From: an uncultured Collinsella sp.
GTDB lineage: Bacteria; Actinomycetota; Coriobacteriia; Coriobacteriales; Coriobacteriaceae
DNA: 64,000 nt
Assembly (NCBI GenBank): GCA_900544205.1
Contig: UQUG01000001.1
Location: forward strand, 10,612 to 74,611
Direction: 5' to 3'
The position numbers were made by a program, and so were the translations under genes. Below the pieces are notes generated by a model, which worked only from the letters and a program-made list of their open reading frames with translations, did no database searches and was not told the origin of the DNA. Positions 44,837-54,995 of the stretch are shown here, piece by piece; positions within the stretch are counted from its first letter, which is position 1, and each line of letters begins with the position of its first letter.

Positions 44837-46003
44837 TTGAGTGAGATTCAGAACTCGTCCATTTTCTCTCTTGACGATGTCAACGAGGAGGAGATGAACA
44901 ACCTCATCGACGGTACGATTACCGACTTTGATGAGGGCGATCTCGTTAACGGCACTGTCGTTAAGATCGAGCATGACGAGGTGCTCGTTGACATCGGATT
45001 CAAGTCCGAGGGCGTTATCCCGGTCCGCGAGCTGTCCATCCGCAAGGACGCTAACCCTGCAGACATCGTTGCACTCGGTGATCCCATCGAGGCTCTGGTA
45101 CTCCAGAAGGAGGACAAGGACGGTCGTCTGGTCCTGTCCAAGAAGCGTGCCGAGTACGAGCGTGCTTGGAACCGCATCGAGGAGAAGTTCAACTCCGGCG
45201 AGAACGTCGAGGGCGAGGTTATCGAGGTTGTCAAGGGCGGCCTGATCCTCGACATCGGCCTGCGTGGCTTCCTGCCCGCCTCCCTCGTCGACCTCCGTCG
45301 CGTCAAGGACCTCACCTCCTACATGGGCACCCGCATCGAGGCCCGCGTCATCGAGATGGACCGCAACCGCAACAACGTCGTCCTCTCCCGTCGCGTCGTG
45401 CTCGAGGAGTCCCGTAAGGCCGAGCGCTCCGAGATCCTGTCCAAGCTCAAGTCTGGCATGCGTCTCCAGGGCACCGTTTCCTCCATCGTCGACTTCGGCG
45501 CCTTCGTCGACCTCGGTGGTATCGACGGCCTCATCCACATTTCCGAGCTCTCCTGGAACCACGTCAACCATCCTTCCGAGGTTGTCAAGGTCGGCCAGGA
45601 GGTCGAGGTCGAGGTTCTCGACGTCGATCTCAACCGCGAGCGCATCTCCCTGGGTCTCAAGCAGACCACCGAGGATCCGTGGCGCGCACTGGTCAAGAAG
45701 TACCCCGTCGGCGCTATCGTCGAGGGCACTGTGACCAAGCTTGTCCCGTTCGGCGCTTTCGTCGATCTGGGCGAGGGCATCGAGGGCCTGGTGCACATCT
45801 CCGAGATGGCCAACAAGCACGTCGATCAGCCTTCTCAGGTCACCCACGTGGGCGACAAGGTTCAGGTCAAGGTCATGGAGATCGACCTCGACCGTCGTCG
45901 TATCTCCCTGTCCATGAAGTCCGCTGCTGAGACTCTGGGCGTCGAGATCGAGGTTACCCCGCTGCCTTCCGAGAAGAAGGACGAGGAGACCGACGCCGAG
46001 TAA
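44837..46003 (+). CDS. rpsA: 30S ribosomal protein S1
   Basis: Four tandem S1 domains (GxVxxIxxFGAFVDLGGIDGLIHISE...). TTG start after AAAGGGG. Long 5' leader. Confidence 0.85.
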   Translation: MSEIQNSSIFSLDDVNEEEMNNLIDGTITDFDEGDLVNGTVVKIEHDEVLVDIGFKSEGVIPVRELSIRKDANPADIVALGDPIEALVLQKEDKDGRLVLSKKRAEYERAWNRIEEKFNSGENVEGEVIEVVKGGLILDIGLRGFLPASLVDLRRVKDLTSYMGTRIEARVIEMDRNRNNVVLSRRVVLEESRKAERSEILSKLKSGMRLQGTVSSIVDFGAFVDLGGIDGLIHISELSWNHVNHPSEVVKVGQEVEVEVLDVDLNRERISLGLKQTTEDPWRALVKKYPVGAIVEGTVTKLVPFGAFVDLGEGIEGLVHISEMANKHVDQPSQVTHVGDKVQVKVMEIDLDRRRISLSMKSAAETLGVEIEVTPLPSEKKDEETDAE

Positions 46004-46029
46004 ATCGGTTTGACGATCACTTGTTTTAA

Positions 46030-46064
46030 GGGATCCGTCCGCAATGGACGGGTCCCTTTTTTTG
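46030..46064 (+). terminator. Intrinsic terminator after rpsA
   Basis: GGGATCCGTCC-GCAAT-GGACGGGTCCC followed by TTTTTTTG. Confidence 0.6.
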
Positions 46065-46325
46065 CATTTGCTGCTGAGGTGCGCGATGCTGCCCGGGCTG
46101 TCCACAGGCTATTGGGTTGTCAGTGCATGAAAAATGCCGACATCCCGCCTCGGGGAGGAGGCGGGAACACACCGAGTAGACGGAGGGGTGTGGAGCGCGG
46201 TCGCGTCTCGACTGACGACGTTGCCCATCGACAGGACCATTGTAGCGCATGGCGGTTCTTGGTTTATCGTGTCGAGCGTTTGCGTTGTGCCATTGCCTGC
46301 GGCAACGGTGTGTTACACTCTTGCA

Positions 46326-46690
46326 CTGCTGAGTGGGCCAGACGGTCGCGCGATGTGCTGCTTGCAGCACGCGTGAGGAAAGTCCGGGCTCCAGAGGGCG
46401 GGATGCCGGCTAACGGCCGGGCGGAGTGATCCGACGGAAAGCGCCGCAGAAAAGAAGACTCCCACCTGCGCCGCAAGGCGTAAAGGGAAAAGCTGAAACG
46501 GTGGTGTAAGAGACCACCAGCGTCGTGGTAACACGGCGGCTTGGCAAGCCCCATCCGGAGCAAGCGCGAATAGGAACGCTATGGGCCGGCCCGGTCCGCG
46601 TTCGGGTAGCGTGCGTGGAACTGCACGGTAACGTGCAGACAAGATAAATGACCGTTCACGACAGAACCCGGCTTATCGGCCCACTCAGCA
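46326..46690 (+). ncRNA. rnpB: RNase P RNA (bacterial type A)
   Basis: GAGGAAAGTCCGGGCTCC (P4 5' strand) and ACAGAACCCGGCTTA (P4 3' strand). P1 helix TGCTGAGTGGGCC / GGCCCACTCAGCA. GTAAAGGGAAAAG and GGTGTAAGAGACCACCAGC regions. Candidate promoter TTGCGT...TGTTACACT upstream. Confidence 0.85.
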
Positions 46691-46697
46691 CTTTGTT

Positions 46698-46812
46698 GAC
46701 GCTGCGAACCCGTCAGCGCGGCAATCTGCCTTTCAAGCCTTCGGGCATGACCATAAGGTCAATGCCCTTGTCTTTCAAGGCACCTTGCTCGCGCTGACGG
46801 GTTCTCGCTGTT
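46698..46812 (+). repeat. Structured intergenic element, copy 2, immediately 3' of rnpB
   Basis: Same conserved core as 43608-43718 with a different but complementary outer stem (GAACCCGTCAGCGCG/CGCGCTGACGGGTTC). The inner stem covaries (GACC/GGTC vs GGCC/GGCC). Confidence 0.5.
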
Positions 46813-46916
46813 GGTGACGGTATCATTGGCGTTTCCGTTCTTGTTGGCGAGGTCAACGGTGCTGTCTTTGCCGTATTATTGAGGCTGTTTGTTGCTTTGC
46901 TTGTTGTTGAGGGGCT

Positions 46917-47555
46917 TTGTTGGACAGCTATTTTACTCTTCAATCGAATATTGAGGCTTCGGGCGAGTTTGTGGACCGCAAGAGCCGGTTTATTGCCCAG
47001 CTGGTCCATATTGAGTCCGAGGATGAGGCGAATGCCTTTATCGAGACCGTTCGCAAACGTCATTACGACGCTCGACACAATGTTCCCGCGTGGATTTTGG
47101 TCGATGGACGCGAGCGTCAAAGCGATGACGGTGAGCCGAGCCGCACGAGCGGTATGCCGACGCTCGAGGTGTTGCGCGGCGCGGGGCTCAAAAATGTTTG
47201 CTGCGTAGTGACGCGCTATTTTGGTGGCACGCTGTTGGGGCCTGGTGGCTTGGTACGCGCCTATACCGCGGCGACGCAAGCGGCGGTGGCCGCGGCTCGG
47301 GAGGCCGGGCAGATCGTCGAGATGACGAGCGTCGTGCCTGTTGACGTGCATGTGGCCTATCCGCAGTATGAGCAGGTGCTTCGCTTGGCGCAGGATTCGG
47401 GTGCCAAGGTTTCGGATACCGATTACGCGGATGCCGTGACACTTCACTTGGTGTTTAAGGCGGGGGAGCAGGAGTCTTTTTGCGCCAGGATGCGCGAGCT
47501 TATGGCGGGGCGCGAGGAGATCGAGGTCGGTGCTCCCGTATTTGCCGAGTTCTAA
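46917..47555 (+). CDS. yigZ: YigZ/IMPACT family protein (UPF0029)
   Basis: KSRFIAQL... N-terminal pattern. TTG start after GAGGGG. Confidence 0.65.
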   Translation: MLDSYFTLQSNIEASGEFVDRKSRFIAQLVHIESEDEANAFIETVRKRHYDARHNVPAWILVDGRERQSDDGEPSRTSGMPTLEVLRGAGLKNVCCVVTRYFGGTLLGPGGLVRAYTAATQAAVAAAREAGQIVEMTSVVPVDVHVAYPQYEQVLRLAQDSGAKVSDTDYADAVTLHLVFKAGEQESFCARMRELMAGREEIEVGAPVFAEF

Positions 47556-47558
47556 CGG

Positions 47559-47611
47559 CGACGGCCGGCGTGCTTTTGGATGGATCCCAAGCGCGCCGGC
47601 CGTCGTTTTTC
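47559..47611. terminator. Bidirectional hairpin terminator between convergent genes
   Basis: CGACGGCCGGCG ... CGCCGGCCGTCG followed by TTTTT. Confidence 0.45.
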
Positions 47612-47622
47612 TGTGCTGCCGT

Positions 47623-48069
47623 TTACTCGGCGAGCTGCTTTAGTACATCACAGGCGATTTCGACGGCATCGTCGATGCAGCCGGGGCAGCTGTGAAGCGG
47701 ACCCTTGTCCGATCCGATGCCCTTGAGCGTGCCGCAGACGGTCGTCGTGTTCTTCTCGCCAAAACGCTTGGCGATTTCGCGCGACAGCTTGTAGGTCTGG
47801 CCCTTGGTCTTGGGGTTTTCCATGCCGTCGCTCATCACGAAGCCCATGATGGCCACGGCGCCCGAGATGGCGCCGCAGGTTTCGGTCATGCCGCCCATGC
47901 CGGCACCAAAGCCCTCGGTGAGGGTAAAGGCGATCTGGGGGTCGAGTCCGACGGCAGGCGCGAGGGTGCAGGCGACGGCCTGGGCGCAGTTAAAGCCGCG
48001 GGCGTGGTATTCGGCTGCCTGAGCCTGACAGGCGTTGATGTCGAGCTGGGCCGTATCGATTTGCTTCAT
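47623..48069 (-). CDS. C_GCAxxG_C_C family protein
   Basis: GFNCAQAVACT motif. GGAGA SD before the ATG (MKQIDT). The upstream extension in the tool ORF is not used. Confidence 0.65.
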   Translation of the reverse strand: MKQIDTAQLDINACQAQAAEYHARGFNCAQAVACTLAPAVGLDPQIAFTLTEGFGAGMGGMTETCGAISGAVAIMGFVMSDGMENPKTKGQTYKLSREIAKRFGEKNTTTVCGTLKGIGSDKGPLHSCPGCIDDAVEIACDVLKQLAE

Positions 48070-48298
48070 CGTTGTCTCCTTGGTTACGGTGTACTCGCCT
48101 ATGGTACCCGTGACGGTGCATGTAATCATCGAGAGCTTCATGTATGCCTCATTTTTATCTATCGAGCAAATGCCCAAGGCTTGAGATAAAACCCTTGATT
48201 AATTAGTCCCATAACCTACCTTTGGGATGGGTTGAGAGGGGTGCAGGGTAGCGGTATCGTGAACCGAATAAAACGTAACCCAGGCAAGGGAGCAAGAT

Positions 48299-49582
48299 AT
48301 GAGCGAGCAGACCATCGGTACCACGTGTGTTCAGGGCGGTTATCGCCCGGGCGATGCGGAGCCGCGCCAGGTGCCTATCTACCAGTCCACCACGTGGAAG
48401 TACGATACGTCCGAGCACATGGGCAAGCTGTTCGACCTGGAGGAGTCGGGCTACTTCTATAGCCGCCTGCAGAACCCCACGTGTGACCTCGTTGCCGCCA
48501 AGATCTGCGAGATGGAGGGCGGCACCGCTGCGATGCTCACGAGCTCGGGCATGGCCGCGAACTTCCTCGCGATCTTTAACGTTGCCGGTGCCGGCGATCA
48601 TGTGGTCGCGAGCTCTGCCATCTACGGCGGTACCTACAACTTGCTTGCCCACACCATGGGCCGCATGGGCCTGACCTGCACGTTCGTTGCCCCCGACTGC
48701 ACCGATGAGGAGCTGGAGGCCGCTTTCCAGCCCAACACCAAGCTCGTCTTTGGTGAGACCATCGCCAATCCCGCGCTCGCCGTGCTCGACATTGAGCACT
48801 TTGCCAAGGCCGCACACGACCACGGCGTGCCGTTGATGGTCGACAACACCTTCCCGACGCCCGTGATGTGCCGTCCCTTTGAGTGGGGCGCCGATATCGT
48901 TACGCACTCCACCACCAAATACATGGATGGTCACGCGGCCTATCTCGGCGGCGTGATCGTCGATCACGGCCAGTTTGACTGGATGGCGCATGAGGACAAG
49001 TTCCCGGGTCTCACCACACCTGACGAGAGCTATCACGGCGTGACCTATGCCGAGAAGTTCGGTCGCGAGGGCGCCTTTATCACCAAGGCTACTGCGCAGC
49101 TTATGCGTGACCTCGGTCCCATGCAGAACCCGCAGGCGGCGTTCTTCCTGAACAGCTCGCTCGAGAGCCTGCACGTGCGTATGCCGCGCCACTGCGAGAA
49201 CGGCCTGGCGGTCGCCAAGTTCCTGCAGAGCCACCCCAAGGTGCGCTTTGTGAGCTATCCGGGCCTGGAGGGCGACAAGTACTACGACATGGCGCAGAAG
49301 TACATGCCCAACGGCACCTGCGGTGTCGTGAGCTTTGGCTTTAACGGTGGTCGTGCGGCGGCCGAGACCTTTATGAAGAGCCTCAAGCTCGCCCAGATCG
49401 CCACGCACGTTGCCGACGCCCGCACTTGCTGCCTGCATCCTGCTAACGCTACGCATCGCCAGATGAACGACGAGGAACTCATCGCCTGCGGTATCTCCGC
49501 CGACATGGTGCGCCTGTCGTGCGGCCTCGAGGACACGGCCGATCTGATTGCCGACCTTGAGCAGGCACTCGAGCAGTGCTAG
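48299..49582 (+). CDS. metY: O-acetylhomoserine sulfhydrylase / PLP-dependent Cys/Met-metabolism enzyme
   Basis: Cys/Met PLP family signatures, including a Lys-containing HSTTKYMDGH motif. 427 aa. Confidence 0.8.
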   Translation: MSEQTIGTTCVQGGYRPGDAEPRQVPIYQSTTWKYDTSEHMGKLFDLEESGYFYSRLQNPTCDLVAAKICEMEGGTAAMLTSSGMAANFLAIFNVAGAGDHVVASSAIYGGTYNLLAHTMGRMGLTCTFVAPDCTDEELEAAFQPNTKLVFGETIANPALAVLDIEHFAKAAHDHGVPLMVDNTFPTPVMCRPFEWGADIVTHSTTKYMDGHAAYLGGVIVDHGQFDWMAHEDKFPGLTTPDESYHGVTYAEKFGREGAFITKATAQLMRDLGPMQNPQAAFFLNSSLESLHVRMPRHCENGLAVAKFLQSHPKVRFVSYPGLEGDKYYDMAQKYMPNGTCGVVSFGFNGGRAAAETFMKSLKLAQIATHVADARTCCLHPANATHRQMNDEELIACGISADMVRLSCGLEDTADLIADLEQALEQC

Positions 49583-49651
49583 GCTAGCGTTCGCATAAGG
49601 CGCCGATGCTGGCAGAAAGCTTCGGCGACCTTTAGTTCCGATTCCGTAGGC

Positions 49652-49700
49652 GGGACCCCAATCGCGACTGTTTACAGGCGATTGGGGCCCCGTTTTTGCG
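49652..49700 (+). terminator. Intrinsic terminator after metY
   Basis: GGGACCCCAATCGC...GCGATTGGGGCCCC followed by GTTTTT. Confidence 0.55.
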
Positions 49701-49723
49701 TTGGGCCACTCGAAAGGATGGAT

Positions 49724-51028
49724 ATGGAGAAAACCGCAGAGCAGCTGCGCCGCGAGCATATTGCCCTAGAGGGCGACACCCATGGCAAGAACAAGTGGGC
49801 GATTCTGTTTACCGTGCTCATCATGACGTTTATGGTGTGTCTGGATTCGACCGTCGTGACCGTGGCGCTGCCCGTGATGCAAAAGGAGCTGGGCGTGGGC
49901 CTCGATCGCATTCAGCTGGTAAGCTCGGTGTATCTGCTTGCGACTTGCGTGGCTATGTTGCCGTTTGGCCGTCTGGGCGACGTGCGCGGCAAGGTGAACG
50001 TGTTCCAGTTGGGCGTCATCGTCTTTTCGGTCGGTTCGCTGCTGTGCGGCCTTTCGGCCTCGCTCGAGGTTCTTATCCTGGCACGCATTGTTCAGGGCGT
50101 CGGTTGCGCGGCGGCCATGGCTAACAACATGGGTATCATCACCGAGTCGTTTCCGGCGCGCGAACGAGGCCGTGCCATGGGTATTCTTGCGACCTTTGTG
50201 GCCCTCGGCATGATGTGTGGCCCCGTGCTCGGCGGCATGCTGGTGGCAAGCTTTCCTTGGGAGAGCATCTTCCTCATCAACCTGCCCATTGGCGTCATCT
50301 CGTTTATCGTGGGGCTCTACACGCTGCCGCATGTTAAGCCGGAGGCCGGCGAGCGCCCCATGTCCCTGATCGAGGCCGCTCGTCGCTGCTTTGCAAATTC
50401 GGCCTTCACCATCAACCTTGCCTGCATGCTCATCGTGTTCGTTGGTATTGGCGCATCTGAGTTTATCCTGCCGTTCTATTTTCAGGACGCCCATGGCTTT
50501 GGTTCCGACATTTCCGGATTGCTCTTTTTGGCGCTGCCGATGGTGAATGCCTTTATCGGACCGCTTTCGGGTACGGTTTCGGACCGTGTTGGCTGCGAGG
50601 GCCCCACGGCGGTCGGCCTGGGCGTGTACGTGTGCGGTCTCTTTGCGGTAAGCACGCTTGACGAGCACTCTTCTATCCCTGTGATCGTGTGCTGCGTTGC
50701 GTTTATGTCGTGTGGCACGTCGATTTTCCAGAGTCCCAACAACTCGCTGTATATGGGCTCGGCTCCGCGCGAAGCGCTCGGCTTTGCGGGCAGCCTGGGC
50801 AGCCTGGCGCGCTACGCCGGCATGGCACTCGGCATTACGGCGGCGTCGCATATCCTGTATGGGCAGATGAGCGTGGCGATGGGCGAGGCCGTGACCAGTT
50901 TTGTTGCAGGCCGTCCGGATGTATTCCTATTCGGCTTTCGCTCGGTGTTCTACGTACTCATGGCTGTGGCCGCTGTGGGCTTTGCGCTTGCCATGGTGCG
51001 TTTGGTGAAGATGCGCGCCCGCCATTAG
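49724..51028 (+). CDS. MFS transporter (DHA2/EmrB-like drug:H+ antiporter family)
   Basis: 14-TM-like profile and the MFS motif [21 protein letters not shown]. Confidence 0.8.
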   Translation: MEKTAEQLRREHIALEGDTHGKNKWAILFTVLIMTFMVCLDSTVVTVALPVMQKELGVGLDRIQLVSSVYLLATCVAMLPFGRLGDVRGKVNVFQLGVIVFSVGSLLCGLSASLEVLILARIVQGVGCAAAMANNMGIITESFPARERGRAMGILATFVALGMMCGPVLGGMLVASFPWESIFLINLPIGVISFIVGLYTLPHVKPEAGERPMSLIEAARRCFANSAFTINLACMLIVFVGIGASEFILPFYFQDAHGFGSDISGLLFLALPMVNAFIGPLSGTVSDRVGCEGPTAVGLGVYVCGLFAVSTLDEHSSIPVIVCCVAFMSCGTSIFQSPNNSLYMGSAPREALGFAGSLGSLARYAGMALGITAASHILYGQMSVAMGEAVTSFVAGRPDVFLFGFRSVFYVLMAVAAVGFALAMVRLVKMRARH

Positions 51029-51185
51029 CGTGTTGGGAGGCTGTCTGCCACGATTCGCGCCGTCCCAAAAAGACTGGTTTGTGGTGCGATGCGGCTTGTG
51101 GGGCGGGCGGGGGTCGGTCCGTGGTAGACTATCGTGCAACGTTTGTTCATCGCGCGGAATCATTGCCGCGAGAAAGGGTTGCGCC

Positions 51186-51764
51186 ATGCAGGAGCTTGAG
51201 GATCGTATTCGCCGTGACGGCATCGTAAAGGCCGGTAACGTCCTTAAGGTTGATGCCTTCCTCAACCACCAGTGCGACGTTGAGCTGTTTGACCATATGG
51301 GCGCCGAGTGGGCCCGTCTGTTCGAGGGTGTCGAGATCAACAAGATCCTGACGATCGAGGCTTCGGGCATTGGCATGGCTTGCATTGCGGCCCAGCATTT
51401 TGGCGGCGTGCCGGTGGTCTTTGCCAAGAAGGCACAGTCCATCAACCTCGACGGCGAGCAGTATGCCACGACCATCTACTCCTTTACCAAGCAGAAGGAG
51501 TACCCGGTTATCGTTGGCAAGCGCTTCCTGTCCGAGGGCGACAAGGTCCTGATTATCGACGACTTCCTGGCCAACGGCTGCGCGCTCGAGGGTCTTATCA
51601 AGATCTGCGAGGCTGCGGGTGCCGAGGTATCTGGTATTGGCATTGCGGTGGAGAAGGGCTTCCAAGGCGGTGGCGATAAGCTCCGCGAGCGCGGCTTCCG
51701 CGTCGAGAGCCTGGCCCGTATCGCCGATATGGACTGCGAGACCGGCGAGATCACCTTCGCCTAA
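51186..51764 (+). CDS. xpt: Xanthine phosphoribosyltransferase
   Basis: PRTase motif [11 protein letters not shown] and an Xpt-type N-terminus. Confidence 0.85.
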   Translation: MQELEDRIRRDGIVKAGNVLKVDAFLNHQCDVELFDHMGAEWARLFEGVEINKILTIEASGIGMACIAAQHFGGVPVVFAKKAQSINLDGEQYATTIYSFTKQKEYPVIVGKRFLSEGDKVLIIDDFLANGCALEGLIKICEAAGAEVSGIGIAVEKGFQGGGDKLRERGFRVESLARIADMDCETGEITFA

Positions 51765-51793
51765 GCGCGCAACACAAGCGATTGGTATGCGAT

Positions 51794-51828
51794 GTGACAA
51801 AGGGACTGTCCCTTTGTCACATTTTTTG
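51794..51828 (+). terminator. Intrinsic terminator after xpt
   Basis: GTGACAAAGGGAC-TG-TCCCTTTGTCAC followed by ATTTTTT. Confidence 0.65.
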
Positions 51829-51847
51829 TATGAGGGGAGGTGTTGAT

Positions 51848-52228
51848 ATGGATGAGAACAAGATGGGATGGCGCGAGTATGCGCGCTTTGCCGAGATGTC
51901 GGTCGAGGAGTTGGCGCGCGATTGCGAGGTGCAGGTGTTTCGCGCGACAGGTCCGGGCGGGCAGGGCGTGAACACGACGGATTCAGCGGTGCGCATGAAG
52001 CATGGGCCCACGGGGATTACCGTGACGGCGCGCGAGAGCCGCAGTCAGTTTCAGAATCGTGCGAGCTGTTTGCGTAAGCTGAGGGCAGAGCTTGAGCGTC
52101 GCGGGCGTCCACCGCGTCGACGCGTAAAGACCAAGGTGCCTCAACGCTCTCGGCAGCGCAGGCTCAACGACAAGCACTTCAACGCGATTAAAAAGGCCAA
52201 CCGTCGCAAACCGGGCAGCGACGAATAG
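51848..52228 (+). CDS. arfB: ArfB-like peptidyl-tRNA hydrolase (GGQ class I release-factor-like ribosome rescue factor)
   Basis: [18 protein letters not shown] motif plus a basic C-terminal tail. Confidence 0.75.
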   Translation: MDENKMGWREYARFAEMSVEELARDCEVQVFRATGPGGQGVNTTDSAVRMKHGPTGITVTARESRSQFQNRASCLRKLRAELERRGRPPRRRVKTKVPQRSRQRRLNDKHFNAIKKANRRKPGSDE

Positions 52229-52229
52229 C

Positions 52230-52313
52230 CACCCCTAAGTTGCGGTGAAATAGGGACTGTTTTGCGGCTTTAGCTACATAAACAGTCCCTATTTCACCGC
52301 AACTTAGGTGGGG
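52230..52313. repeat. Perfect 34-bp inverted repeat with 16-nt loop, exactly filling the gap between convergent arfB and the lipid kinase gene (family copy B)
   Basis: CCACCCCTAAGTTGCGGTGAAATAGGGACTGTTT ... AAACAGTCCCTATTTCACCGCAACTTAGGTGGGG. Confidence 0.6.
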
Positions 52314-53276
52314 CTAGCGGGTGGGGTGCCAGACGTGGAGGGCGCCGGCGAGGATGTCGACCTCGATGCGCGAGGCGACGATGGGCTCGCCGTCGGCTTG
52401 GATGGGGTAGTCTGGCTCCTCAAAAGTGAGCTCGGCATGGCGGCATCGGCGCATGCGAACCGGTGGCAGTTTGGTATGGTGGCCGTCCTTGGCCGAAAGG
52501 AACATAGGCAGGGCAACCGCGCGAGGGACAGGGCCGCATGCGTAGCAGACGTCGAGCACGCCGTCGCAGGGGTCGGCATCGGGGCAGATGCGATAGCCCG
52601 AGCCATAGGTGGGACCAAGCTGAATCGCCATGATGATCGCCCTCACGCGCTCGGCGGGCGCGCCGTCAAAGCTGACTGTCATGGAGTAGTTGCGATAGCG
52701 CAGGCCAAACTGCTCAAGTCCCGAAAGGGTGTAGAGCGGAGCGCCCGTCAAGCCGGTCTTTTTGCGCAGCTCGGTGGTGCCAAGGCCGATGGCGGCATCG
52801 ATGCCGACCGAAAGCGTCTGGTCGTAGTACTCAACGGTAGCCTCGCCGCTACCGCTTGCGGGGTTCCATGAGCGAATCCGCCCGATGTCCTGACGTTGAA
52901 GCTCACAGGTGAGCAGCGCGCCATAATCCTTGCCGGAGAAATCTTCGATACCGAGCGTTTGGGCAAAATCGTTGCCGGAGCCTACGGGCAGGATGGCAAG
53001 AGCGGGGCGGACCGCCTCATCCTGCGTCATGAGTCCGTTGACGACCTCGTGGATCACGCCGTCGCCGCCGAGGGCGATAACGGTGTGATAGCCCTCGGCC
53101 TGTGCGGCCAGCTCCTTGGCGTGTCCCATGCGCTCGGTCAGTACCAGGTCAAACTGGGATGCGCGCGCGGTCATATCCAAAAAGCGCTGCAGGCGCTCGG
53201 CAACCTCGCGCGCGGCGCCCGACTGGGCGGCAGGGTTGGCGATGATGAGCGTGCGACCAAAATCAGTTGCGTGCAT
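52314..53276 (-). CDS. Diacylglycerol/lipid kinase (YegS/DagK catalytic domain family)
   Basis: LIIANPAAQSG...GGDGVIHEVVNGL...PVGSGNDFA motifs. Confidence 0.75.
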   Translation of the reverse strand: MHATDFGRTLIIANPAAQSGAAREVAERLQRFLDMTARASQFDLVLTERMGHAKELAAQAEGYHTVIALGGDGVIHEVVNGLMTQDEAVRPALAILPVGSGNDFAQTLGIEDFSGKDYGALLTCELQRQDIGRIRSWNPASGSGEATVEYYDQTLSVGIDAAIGLGTTELRKKTGLTGAPLYTLSGLEQFGLRYRNYSMTVSFDGAPAERVRAIIMAIQLGPTYGSGYRICPDADPCDGVLDVCYACGPVPRAVALPMFLSAKDGHHTKLPPVRMRRCRHAELTFEEPDYPIQADGEPIVASRIEVDILAGALHVWHPTR

Positions 53277-53363
53277 GGAACGACTCCCGGCGTATGACGT
53301 GACGGTGCGGTCGCGCTCAGGTCGAATTGCCCCCGATTGTGGCTGCACGGCGAATACTAACGT

Positions 53364-54785
53364 CTACTCTATCAGGTCGTTGTGGCGCTCGATAGCCTCC
53401 GCTACCGTACCGCCCTCATCCACAATAAGCGAACGGCGCTTGGGCGAGATGATGCGCTGGGCGGGGTACACGCCGCGGTGTCCGGCGGTTAGGTAGCTGA
53501 TAAAGGCCACGATGACAAAGAACCCGGCTGCCGTGCCGTGGAACAGGTCGATGGCCATCATACAGGTGGTGATGGGCACGTTAAGGCCGGCGCAGAACAC
53601 GCCGAGCATGCCCAGCGCTGCCAGAAAGCTGGGATCGATTCCGACGAGGCAACCTATCCAGCCGCCGAGCGCCGCACCGATACCAAACAGGGGCGTGACC
53701 TCGCCGCCTTGGAAGCCGGCGCCCAGGGTGAGCGCTGTGACGACCAACTTGATGGCTGCGTCCGCCAGGGTGGTGTTGCCGGCAAATCCAGCGCCGGAAA
53801 GCCACGTGGAAAGGCCGGCGTAGTCCCAGGCGTCGAGGAGGGCATAGGCGGCCAAAACCACGAGTGCGCCTATAAGTGCGCGAACGAGGTAATTGGTGAT
53901 AAAGCGACCGTACAGGCTCTTGACGGTTCGAACCGACCAGGCAAAGAGGCGTGCCGTCAGACCGAAGATGATGGCGCTGATAACAACGATGACGACTGTC
54001 TTGGGCGTCATGGCGGGAACGCTGGCGATGACATTCGCTTCGTACTCGGTACCCAGGGCGAGTGATGTGAAGTAGCCGGTAAACGAGGCGACTAAGCAGT
54101 AGATGCCCGCGGTGTAGTCGATCTTGCCGATGAAGCACATCTCCATGCCAAAGAAAGCCCCGGCAAGGGGCGAGCCGAATACGGCGCCAAAGGCCGACGA
54201 GATGCCGGCGAGCATGAGGTCGTGGTGGTCATGCTTTTCGAGGTGGGCGAGGCTCGAGATGTTGCTGGCGATGGTGCCGCCGATCTGCACCGCGGCTCCC
54301 TCGCGACCGGCCGATCCGCCCGTTAGGTGCGTGAGCGTGGAGCACACAAACGTGAGGACGGCCATGCGCATATGGATGAGGCGTGTGCCTAGAGCGGAGT
54401 CGATGACCAGGTTGTTGCCACGCTTGGCGGCGAGACCGTGGTTTTTGTACACCCATGCGGTGGCAACGCCCACAACGGGAAGCAGCGCGTAAATCCACGC
54501 ATGGTGCTCACGATAATCGGTCGCGATATTCAGCGAGGCCAAAAACGCCCAAGCGGCAACGCCCATGGCGAGCGAGACGATGACGACGAGTACGAGCAGC
54601 TTAGCGCTCGCGAGTAGGTTGCGGGCGTTGCGGCGCGTGTCGGCAGCCAAGAGATGCTCGGAGCGGGTAAGTTGATGCCTGCCTGCCGTAATGACGTCGT
54701 TCAGGGAGAAAAAGCCGCCGTCGTCGAGCGGCTGGGAATGATCCTGCGCTTCGTTTGCGCTTTCGGGTTTGTCGTTATGAGCCAT
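53364..54785 (-). CDS. ClC-family chloride channel / H+-Cl- antiporter
   Basis: GSAGREGA and GxFxP-type selectivity motifs. Multi-TM. Confidence 0.85.
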   Translation of the reverse strand: MAHNDKPESANEAQDHSQPLDDGGFFSLNDVITAGRHQLTRSEHLLAADTRRNARNLLASAKLLVLVVIVSLAMGVAAWAFLASLNIATDYREHHAWIYALLPVVGVATAWVYKNHGLAAKRGNNLVIDSALGTRLIHMRMAVLTFVCSTLTHLTGGSAGREGAAVQIGGTIASNISSLAHLEKHDHHDLMLAGISSAFGAVFGSPLAGAFFGMEMCFIGKIDYTAGIYCLVASFTGYFTSLALGTEYEANVIASVPAMTPKTVVIVVISAIIFGLTARLFAWSVRTVKSLYGRFITNYLVRALIGALVVLAAYALLDAWDYAGLSTWLSGAGFAGNTTLADAAIKLVVTALTLGAGFQGGEVTPLFGIGAALGGWIGCLVGIDPSFLAALGMLGVFCAGLNVPITTCMMAIDLFHGTAAGFFVIVAFISYLTAGHRGVYPAQRIISPKRRSLIVDEGGTVAEAIERHNDLIE

Positions 54786-54995
54786 ACGTTCCTCTTTTAG
54801 GTTGCAACGCAAGCATTATAAAACGCGGTAAACGCGACGAGCCGGTGGGTTGGTTTCCATTCTGTTTCGCGGCCTGCAACCGACAGGTGTATTTGCGGGC
54901 ACAGACCAAGTCGCGGTCGCGCGTCGGGGGATTATACTGAGACAAGCATAAAGAATTGGCGCCCCCGTTGTGCGCCGTGGCATTAAGAGGTGCAT

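Noticed and set aside
46010-46642. Several 80-139-aa ORFs
   Set aside because: They overlap rnpB (RNase P RNA).
48080-48298. Possible SAM riboswitch upstream of metY
   Set aside because: No SAM-I, SAM-II or SAM-IV consensus elements could be matched by eye. Left as an ordinary divergent promoter region.
51030-51185. Possible purine riboswitch upstream of xpt
   Set aside because: No UAUA...GGGA..UAUGGCCC..ACCGUAAAU-type aptamer signature present.
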